This document shows positions 54,441 to 61,607 of a DNA stretch of 64,000 nucleotides, in pieces (the first letter of the stretch is position 1; each line of letters starts with the position of its first letter). Both the position numbers and the translations under genes were made by a program. This stretch comes from Magnetococcales bacterium. GTDB taxonomy: Bacteria; Pseudomonadota; Magnetococcia; Magnetococcales; JADFYX01. The notes below the pieces were generated by a model that did not search any database, was not told the DNA's origin, and was given only the letters and a program-made list of their open reading frames with translations. The stretch covers positions 138,783 through 202,782 of the forward strand of contig PEAM01000002.1 in assembly GCA_002753565.1 (NCBI GenBank), given 5' to 3'.

Positions 54441-55505
54441 TTAATCCTCCAGGGCTTTTCCTCTGAAAAATGCCTTATATTTTGTATCGGTTCGGGAGGT
54501 GTGGCTGAAGAACCACTCCAGAAGATAGAACACCAGATCGACGGCATAAAAAATCTCCCGCTCTTCCAGCAGCTTGCTTTTAAATTCGGTAAATTTATCA
54601 ATAAAGCTCTGATGCTCCTGAACGTGTGCCTCCAGGCCTGGGTAGCTGTGGCGGCGCATGAGGCTCTCCTCGGCGCCAAAATGGCTTTTGGTATAGTTGG
54701 AGAGAAAGGTCAGGGTTTTATCAATACGTTGCCAGTCGTCGGCTGAGGGTTTGCGATTGCTCAGCGCTTCGGTCAGTTCATGAAACCCACTGATTTGGTT
54801 TAACAGCTCTCGATGTTCCAGGTTAAAGCGGGCTACCCCCACATCTTGCAGCCGTTGGAGCAGTTTTTCCCGGTAGCTCTTTTTACTGATGCCGGCGTGG
54901 CGCAGGGCGGGGATCTCTTTTGGGTTTTTTTTGGGCAGCGGGGCTTTGTCGAAACTGCGGGGTGGCAGCCCCTGGGAAAAACGGGAATATTGCATATCTT
55001 GGCTGTTGATGTGGTCAAACAGCCAACTGACCGTTTTGTGGAGTAGATCGATTACATAGACCGATGAGGTGCTGCGCATTTTATCTTCGATAGCCAGGAG
55101 TCCTGCCACAAATTGGCGGTGGGCCTCTTTATGTTTATTCAACCCTTCAAAGCCAATTTTTTCCATAAAGGCCTCTTCACGGCTGAAATGTTGGGTTGCG
55201 TAGCTTTTTAAATGGTTCAGGGTATCATCCAGCGCCTGCTCCTCCGTTGGGGTGGGTCGGCTGCGCTGCATTTTTTTAACACAGACATACAGGGTGACAA
55301 TAATCTCAATCAGCCCCTCATGTTCCCGCTGAAGTTGGGGGACATGGATGGTTCTGAGCCGGGCAAATAGCCGTGTTCTGAAATCTTGGATATCCGGGTC
55401 GTTAATGGTGATGGAGGAGGAGAGGGTCATAGCTGGTTTGGCTCCTGCAAAGGGCAGAAAAAATGAGGCACTTTTTTTAAAGCTACCATAACCGGCTACC
55501 GGCAT
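54441..55505 (-). CDS. Tandem (double) hemerythrin-domain protein
   Basis: 354 aa with two complete motif sets. The first is 'QREHEGL / HFSREEAFM / HKEAHRQF / DHINSQD' and the second is 'NLEHREL / HFGAEESLM / HVQEHQSF / SHTSRTD'. An alternative start is ATG 55430. Confidence 0.8.
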   Translation of the reverse strand: MPVAGYGSFKKSASFFLPFAGAKPAMTLSSSITINDPDIQDFRTRLFARLRTIHVPQLQREHEGLIEIIVTLYVCVKKMQRSRPTPTEEQALDDTLNHLKSYATQHFSREEAFMEKIGFEGLNKHKEAHRQFVAGLLAIEDKMRSTSSVYVIDLLHKTVSWLFDHINSQDMQYSRFSQGLPPRSFDKAPLPKKNPKEIPALRHAGISKKSYREKLLQRLQDVGVARFNLEHRELLNQISGFHELTEALSNRKPSADDWQRIDKTLTFLSNYTKSHFGAEESLMRRHSYPGLEAHVQEHQSFIDKFTEFKSKLLEEREIFYAVDLVFYLLEWFFSHTSRTDTKYKAFFRGKALED

Positions 55506-55650
55506 AAAGTGGTTTAAGAAATTGTAATATAGCCTCCATTGTTGTTAAGCCAAGGGTAGGAAACGGGGGCAGGTTTCTGCTGAAAAAGGGCGGAAAAGAT
55601 GCTAGAGTGCCCATTTTTGGTTAAAATTAATAGAAGCGCAGGTACGGTTG

Positions 55651-57861
55651 ATGATCCCCCCCTCCCAACACCCCTCCCAACTGGCTAAAAAAGCTTTTCA
55701 ACAGGGGTTGGCCTGCCATCGGGCCGGAGCGCTGGACCAAGCAATAGAGTGGTATGGCAAGGCGTTGGGGCATCTGCCCAACCATGTGGGTATTCTCAAC
55801 AATCTGGCTCTGGCCCAAAAGGGGGTGGGGGCGCTTCACCAAGCCCACCGTACTCTGCAGCGGGCTATTACCCTTAAGCCGGACTATCCCGAGAGCCACT
55901 ATCATCTGGGTACCGTTCAGCAGGCACAAGGGCGCTCCAAAGAGGCTGTTGCCGCTCTTCGTCAGGCTCTTCATCTGCAGCCAGACCATTTTCTGGCCCA
56001 TTATCATCTCGGTCTGATCTTGGCAGGATTGGGTCAGTTGGAGGCGGCGGCCAGCTCTCTGGAGCAATCCCTTGCCATCCGTCCCGACTCCCCGGAGGCC
56101 GCGAACAATCTCGGCCTGATTCGGCATGATCAGGAACGGTTGGAGGAGGCGGCCTCTTGGTTGGATAAGGCGTTACGCATCAAGCCCGACTACGGAGAGG
56201 CCCACAGCAATCGGGGGGTGGTCTGGGTCTCTCAGGGGGAGCCGATGGCCGCCCAAAAGAGCTATCGCCAGGCCATTACCTGCAATCCCCATCTGGCAGA
56301 GGCCTACAACAATCTGGGTAAGCTGTTGCTGGCATCGGGAAAAAGCAAAGAGGGGGTTGCTCTGCTGCAAAAAGCGCTCTCCCTGAAGCCGGACTATCTT
56401 CTGGTCCTCAACAATTTGGCAGTCGCCTGGATGGAGCAGGGGAGGCTGGCGGCGGCGGAGGAGCTGCTGCAAAAGGCCCATGACCTCCACCCCGAAAACC
56501 TGCAAACCCTGAATAATTTGGCCAATGTCTTTAAAGAGCAGGGGCGGCTGGATCAGGCCATCTCCTGCTTGAAAAAGGTCCTCACTCTGGACCCCGGCTA
56601 TACCAAGGCCCACAGCAACCTGCTCATGCTCCTCCACTATAGTCCCAACTATACGGTCGAAGCGATCGAGGCGGAGTATCGCCGATGGCGACGGCAACAC
56701 GAATTGGGGCGGGCTCAACAGCGGGTCTGTCACACCAACAACCGAGACCCCCAGCGTCGTATTCGGATCGGTTTTGTCTCGGGGGCTTTTTTTCGACATC
56801 CGGTCGGCTATCTCACGCTGGGCTTTATCGAAACCTTCAATCAAGAACTTTTTGAGCTGTACTGTTACAGCAGTAGTGACAGAGAGGATGATTTCAGCCA
56901 ACGAATACGCAGCAGAACTGCGCAATGGCGGGGGGTTTCCGGGTTGAGCCATCGGGCTCTGTCGGCGATGATCGAAAAGGATGCTGTCGATATCCTGGTG
57001 GACCTTTCCGGTCATGGGGCCAACAGCCGTCTGTTGGCTTTTGTCGAAAAACCGGCTCCGATACAGGTCAAATGGGTGGGGGGTCAGTTTAACACCTCCG
57101 GCTTGACCTGTATGGACTATTTTATCTCCGACTCGGTAGCCACCCCACCGGATCAGAGACGGTGGTATGCGGAGCAGGTTCTCTATCTGCCCGATGGCTA
57201 TGTCTGTTATGAGCCGCCCCACTATAGCCCACCGGTCAATGCCCTGCCGGCCCTGACCAACGGCTATGTCACCTTTGGCTGTTTTAACAATCTGGCTAAA
57301 ATTAATCTACAGGTGGTGGCATGGTGGGCGCAACTGTTGCGAGAGATACCCGATAGCCGACTGATACTGATCACCAAACAGCTCTCCGACCCCCAAACCC
57401 GCAAGCGGTTTGAGCGCTCTTTTTGCCAGGCGGGGGTGTTGCCCCAGCAGCTTCAGTTGTGCGGCTGGCTGCCCCACGCCCAACTGTTGGCCAGTTATAA
57501 CCAGATTGATATCGCTCTGGACCCTTTTCCCTACTCCGGGGGGTTGACCAGTTGTGAATCCCTCTGGATGGGGGTGCCGGTGGTTACCCTGCCCGGCCCC
57601 ACCTTTGCGGGCCGTCATGCTGCAACCCACCTGACCCAGGTGGGTATGGCCGATTGGGTGGTCGACTCTCCGCTTCGCTATCGACAGCTGGTCGCAGGGT
57701 GGTGCGAGAATTTGCCGGGGTTGAGCCAGTTACGCCGGGAACTCAGAGGACGGGTTGAACGCTCACCGCTGTGTGACAAGGTCCGTTTTACCCACCATCT
57801 GGAGGCCCTGTTTCGGCAGATCTGGCAGAGGTGGTGTGGGCAGAGCCTGGAAGGGTCTTGA
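55651..57861 (+). CDS. TPR-repeat protein with C-terminal O-GlcNAc-transferase-like (SPY/GT41-like) domain
   Basis: About 736 aa with roughly 9 TPR units in the N-terminal half. The C-terminal half has 'IRIGFVSGAFFRHPVGY', 'VTFGCFNNLAKI' and 'DPFPYSGGLTSCESLWMGVPVVTL'. Start at ATG 55651; TTG 55648 in the ORF track. Confidence 0.8.
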   Translation: MIPPSQHPSQLAKKAFQQGLACHRAGALDQAIEWYGKALGHLPNHVGILNNLALAQKGVGALHQAHRTLQRAITLKPDYPESHYHLGTVQQAQGRSKEAVAALRQALHLQPDHFLAHYHLGLILAGLGQLEAAASSLEQSLAIRPDSPEAANNLGLIRHDQERLEEAASWLDKALRIKPDYGEAHSNRGVVWVSQGEPMAAQKSYRQAITCNPHLAEAYNNLGKLLLASGKSKEGVALLQKALSLKPDYLLVLNNLAVAWMEQGRLAAAEELLQKAHDLHPENLQTLNNLANVFKEQGRLDQAISCLKKVLTLDPGYTKAHSNLLMLLHYSPNYTVEAIEAEYRRWRRQHELGRAQQRVCHTNNRDPQRRIRIGFVSGAFFRHPVGYLTLGFIETFNQELFELYCYSSSDREDDFSQRIRSRTAQWRGVSGLSHRALSAMIEKDAVDILVDLSGHGANSRLLAFVEKPAPIQVKWVGGQFNTSGLTCMDYFISDSVATPPDQRRWYAEQVLYLPDGYVCYEPPHYSPPVNALPALTNGYVTFGCFNNLAKINLQVVAWWAQLLREIPDSRLILITKQLSDPQTRKRFERSFCQAGVLPQQLQLCGWLPHAQLLASYNQIDIALDPFPYSGGLTSCESLWMGVPVVTLPGPTFAGRHAATHLTQVGMADWVVDSPLRYRQLVAGWCENLPGLSQLRRELRGRVERSPLCDKVRFTHHLEALFRQIWQRWCGQSLEGS

Positions 57862-58014
57862 AACCAGACTGTCGTGTATTGTGGTTGAGGGTGGTATTTG
57901 TATAGAATAGAGAGGGTTGGTGTGAGTAGGGAGGTTGGCTTGCATCGAGAATCTAAAAGGTTGTCCGCCAGGGGGCGGGATGGTGTGACTGCAAAGCGTA
58001 AAGGATAATGAATA

Positions 58015-58665
58015 ATGATGAAACCAGCTTTTAGCCGGACCGGAAGCTACGCCGCTTTTTTTGGGTGTATCGTGGTCCTGATGCTGTTTACTACCTCTGT
58101 TCAGGCAGAGGTGGTCAATATCAACCAAGCCGATGCGGCAACCCTGCAGAAAAATCTGAAGGGTGTTGGGCCGGTGAAGGCTCAGGCGATTATCGACTAC
58201 CGTAACCAGCATGGCCCCTTCCAGAGTGAAAAAGATCTGGAGAAGGTCCCTGGGATCGGCTCGAAGATCATGGAAAAGAACCAAAACGCGATATCAACCT
58301 CTCGTGGGGCGGCTCAGAGCCAGAGAAGCCAAAATCGTCGTGAAGATATCGACAAGAGGAGTGAGAGAAAAGAGAATATGAGTCAGCGTTCCCAGCGACT
58401 GGAAGAGCGCAAAGAGAGGCTCTCCAACGAGCAGGCCAGCGATACCGAAAACCCCACAAAAAATGCTGAAAAAATTGAGAAAATTACAAAAAAACAGCAG
58501 CGGATCAAAGAGCGATCAGAGAAAATGGGTAAAAAGAGCAAGAAAAGCCAAGAAGAGATAAAGAGAATAAAAGAGGAGCGAAAGAAACAGCGGAAAAAGG
58601 CCAAAAAGAAAAAGGCCAAAAAAAAGATGAAGAAGGAAGAGCAAACCACCTCTGACAGCCAGTAA
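58015..58665 (+). CDS. ComEA-like helix-hairpin-helix DNA-binding protein with long Lys/Glu/Arg-rich C-terminal tail
   Basis: 216 aa with a signal/anchor 'AAFFGCIVVLMLFTTSVQA' and HhH motifs 'VNINQADAATLQKNLKGVGPVKAQAII...LEKVPGIGSKIMEKN'. About 120 aa of charged low-complexity sequence follows, ending 'KKQRKKAKKKKAKKKMKKEE'. Confidence 0.75.
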   Translation: MMKPAFSRTGSYAAFFGCIVVLMLFTTSVQAEVVNINQADAATLQKNLKGVGPVKAQAIIDYRNQHGPFQSEKDLEKVPGIGSKIMEKNQNAISTSRGAAQSQRSQNRREDIDKRSERKENMSQRSQRLEERKERLSNEQASDTENPTKNAEKIEKITKKQQRIKERSEKMGKKSKKSQEEIKRIKEERKKQRKKAKKKKAKKKMKKEEQTTSDSQ

Positions 58666-58770
58666 GAGGAGGTGGTTTTATCCCTCACCGTTTCGGTCTG
58701 CCCGGAAAGAGGAGAGAGACCCCCCATGGCAGACCTCTCCCATTGTGAGCAAAAGAAAAGGAACCACACC

Positions 58771-58995
58771 ATGAAGGTCAACGAAAGTCTGACGGAAATT
58801 TTGGACAAAGCCTGGGAAGACAAAGCCTTGAGCGATATTGTCAAACAGTCTCCTGAGGTGCTGCAGGGTATCTCGGAAAAAAAGGCCCAGGCCCTCAAAG
58901 AGGCCCTCGGGGTTAAAACCATTGCCGAGTTGGCAACCAACAAATATGTTCTCTGGGCTCAAGCTTTGAACAATCTTTCCGGTTACGAAAAATAG
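58771..58995 (+). CDS. Small hypothetical protein (74 aa) with HhH-like segment
   Basis: I chose ATG 58771 because AAGGA lies ~8 nt upstream. 'LQGISEKKAQALKEALGVKTIAELA' resembles a helix-hairpin-helix. A strong terminator follows the stop. Confidence 0.45.
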   Translation: MKVNESLTEILDKAWEDKALSDIVKQSPEVLQGISEKKAQALKEALGVKTIAELATNKYVLWAQALNNLSGYEK

Positions 58996-59004
58996 CGTCA
59001 TCAA

Positions 59005-59047
59005 CCCTCCTCCGGCAACCAGACGTTGCCGGAGGAGGGCTCTTTTT
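59005..59047 (+). terminator. Rho-independent terminator
   Basis: Perfect 15-bp stem ccctcctccggcaac (59005-59019) / gttgccggaggaggg (59025-59039) with a 5-nt loop, followed by cTCTTTTTT. Confidence 0.85.
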
Positions 59048-59234
59048 TGATGGCTTGCCAACACCCCCTTGCACCCCTTCTCTCCCCCCCCCTCCCTCCG
59101 GAAGGTTGTTCGGATAAAACTCTTTGAAAATTGAATGCGATAGGTATACATTCAATCTGTTTATGTAAAAGATCAGGGGGCGGTTCATTCGGTACCCTTT
59201 GGATTCCAGATTCAGGTAGAGAAGGTCGAGACAG

Positions 59235-61445
59235 ATGAGTATCTTGGTGGTAGCTGTAGTCGTCGTGGTGGCAATGGGGCTCTCTTCTTTAGCGACCGTG
59301 TTGGTCCTTCGCAAGATCCATTCAGGTCAGAGCCAGACGCTAAAGACGGCTATGGATCAGGCTGCCATGGGCGATTTGATGGTCACCATCCCAGAGGCCT
59401 CTCCCCTTTCAGTAGAGGTAAAATCGGGTTGGCAGGAGATGTTGAGTCGGCTGGCGGGCAATTTGCGGCGGATTATTTTGCAGTCGGATACGGTGGCGGC
59501 TTCGGTTAATGAGCTGCTGATTATCAAGAAAAACCTCGGCGACTCCACCGTCGATACTCTCAAATCGGTTGAGTCCATGGACCATCAGCTCCAGGATTTG
59601 GGCGGGGCCATCAGCCGGGTAGAGGAGAATGTCACCAGCACCTCTGCTCTGGTGAACGACATTACCTCGGCCACCGACATGTTAACCGAGGATATCTCCA
59701 AGATTACCGAGTCGGCAGAGAGTGCCAATCAAAATGTCACCACCATGGCAGCCGCCGCTGAGGAGATGACGGCCAATTTGGCTGCTGTCAATCAAAGTTT
59801 GGCCGAGGTCAACGAGTCGGTCAATCAGGTCTCCACCTCCACCAGCAACCTTTCGGTCACCATCGACGGCATCCGTGATCTCTGCTCCTCTGCCAGCAAG
59901 CAATCTTCCCAGGCTGACCAATATGCCACCGACAGTGGCGTCAAGATGGAGCAGCTGGCCAGTTATACCGATGAGATCGGCAGTTTTGTCGAGATGATCA
60001 ACAATATTGCCGAACAGACCAACATGCTGGCCCTCAACGCCTCCATCGAGGCGGCTGGAGCGGGTGAGGCGGGTAAAGGGTTTTCGGTGGTTGCCAACGA
60101 GATCAAAGAGTTGGCCCGTCAAACCTCCGATACCACCTCGGCCATCTCCGAAAAGGTGACCAATATCCAGCTCCACACCAAGGAGGTGGTCTACGCCAAC
60201 CGGGAGGTGACGGTCATTATCCAGGGCATCAACCAGTCCAATCAGAACATCGCCCTGGCTGTTGATGAGCAGTCCCATGCCATTCGGGGTATCTCCGACT
60301 CCCTGACCACCGTAACCAACGCCACCCAAGAGGTGACCCGTAATGCCTCTGAACTTCAGGTAGCCGCGGATGAGGTGGCCCGCTCAGCCGGTATAGCCGC
60401 CTCGGGTTCCGAGGCCATTGTTCACGCCTCTGCCGAAGTGGCGGAAGCGGCAGATGGGGTCTCCAAGAACAGCCAGGAGATCAATCAATTGATGGTTGGC
60501 GTTCAAGAGCAGATTGCCAAGACCACCCAGGTCTCCGCTGAGGCCAATAAAAACATTCAAGAGGTTTTTGCCATCGCTCAGAAGATGCAGGGGGGGGTGC
60601 GTAACTTTGAGCTGTTGATCGATGTCATTCAGGGCAGTGTGGAGTCGTTGTGCGCCAGTCAAATCAACTACACCACCGGTATCCAATCCTTTGAGGTGAC
60701 AGCGGTCAAGGAGGGGCATCTGGCGTGGTTGCGTAAGTTGGATGGTGCCATTCAAGGGGTGCTCACCCTGGACCCCAAAGAGGCTGAAAATGGTCGGGCC
60801 TGCCATTTTGGCAACTGGTACTATGGCGCCGGCGAGAAGCTGTTTGGGGATGATCCTCTCTTTCAGGAGATCGGTACCGTTCACCAGGATGTCCACACCC
60901 TGGCCCGGGATGCCATTCTCAAGGTGAATGAAGGGGATAAGGCGGGAGCTGTCGAGTTGATGGAGAAGTTCAACCACCTCCGCCACGAACTCTTCGTCAA
61001 ACTGGATTTTCTCTACATGAAGGGGAGTGTCAGCGACGAGAAGATGTTCTATTGGGATGACTCCCTGGATGTGGGGGTCAAGCAGCTCAATGATGAACAT
61101 ATCGTGCTGATGGATATGATCAACGACCTCCATGCCGGTATGAAGAGCGGCTTGGATAAAGAGAAAATGGCGAAGATCCTGGATGGACTGGCCGACTTTA
61201 CCGGTACTCACTTCTCCCATGAAGAGGCGTTGTTGGCCAAGTACGATTATGAGCGGCTACCCCAGCAAAAAGCGCTGCATGTCAAGCTGATTGCCAAGCT
61301 TGGCGAACAGCGGGAGGCCTTCTTCTCCGGCTCGGCTACCGCCTCTTTGGATGTGCTCTCTTTCCTTAAAGATTGGCTGATTACCCATATCAAGGGGGAG
61401 GATATGCGCTATAAATCTTTCTTTGAGTCCAGAGGCGTTCACTAA
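59235..61445 (+). CDS. Methyl-accepting chemotaxis protein with C-terminal CZB and hemerythrin domains in tandem
   Basis: 736 aa with a single N-terminal TM and HAMP-like segment. The signalling tip is '[40 protein letters not shown]'. The CZB pattern is 'GHLAW...CHFGNW...HQDVH'. The hemerythrin motifs are 'NDEHIVL / HFSHEEALL / LHVKL / THIKGED'. Confidence 0.9.
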   Translation: MSILVVAVVVVVAMGLSSLATVLVLRKIHSGQSQTLKTAMDQAAMGDLMVTIPEASPLSVEVKSGWQEMLSRLAGNLRRIILQSDTVAASVNELLIIKKNLGDSTVDTLKSVESMDHQLQDLGGAISRVEENVTSTSALVNDITSATDMLTEDISKITESAESANQNVTTMAAAAEEMTANLAAVNQSLAEVNESVNQVSTSTSNLSVTIDGIRDLCSSASKQSSQADQYATDSGVKMEQLASYTDEIGSFVEMINNIAEQTNMLALNASIEAAGAGEAGKGFSVVANEIKELARQTSDTTSAISEKVTNIQLHTKEVVYANREVTVIIQGINQSNQNIALAVDEQSHAIRGISDSLTTVTNATQEVTRNASELQVAADEVARSAGIAASGSEAIVHASAEVAEAADGVSKNSQEINQLMVGVQEQIAKTTQVSAEANKNIQEVFAIAQKMQGGVRNFELLIDVIQGSVESLCASQINYTTGIQSFEVTAVKEGHLAWLRKLDGAIQGVLTLDPKEAENGRACHFGNWYYGAGEKLFGDDPLFQEIGTVHQDVHTLARDAILKVNEGDKAGAVELMEKFNHLRHELFVKLDFLYMKGSVSDEKMFYWDDSLDVGVKQLNDEHIVLMDMINDLHAGMKSGLDKEKMAKILDGLADFTGTHFSHEEALLAKYDYERLPQQKALHVKLIAKLGEQREAFFSGSATASLDVLSFLKDWLITHIKGEDMRYKSFFESRGVH

Positions 61446-61451
61446 TGCTCT

Positions 61452-61483
61452 CCCCCTCAGGAGGGTGGCCCCTCCTGAGGGGG
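61452..61483 (+). terminator. GC-rich hairpin after the MCP gene (possible terminator, no U-tract)
   Basis: ccccctcaggaggg (61452-61465), loop tggc, then ccctcctgaggggg (61470-61483). It is followed by TAAAAAA rather than a T-run. Confidence 0.35.
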
Positions 61484-61528
61484 TAAAAAAGCCTGCCCCC
61501 CTCTTTTTGCCCAATCTTCAACAGCCCT

Positions 61529-61558
61529 TTGCTAAAACCGCCTTACGCCGTGTAGAAT
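61529..61558 (+). promoter_or_regulatory. Putative sigma70-type promoter for the sensor kinase gene
   Basis: TTGCTA (61529-61534), an 18-nt spacer, then TAGAAT (61553-61558), about 50 nt upstream of ATG 61608. This is pattern matching only. Confidence 0.3.
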
Positions 61559-61607
61559 ATCCTTAATAATAGGATTGGGGTGGCTTTTTTGGAGGTTTGA
61601 CGAGCAG

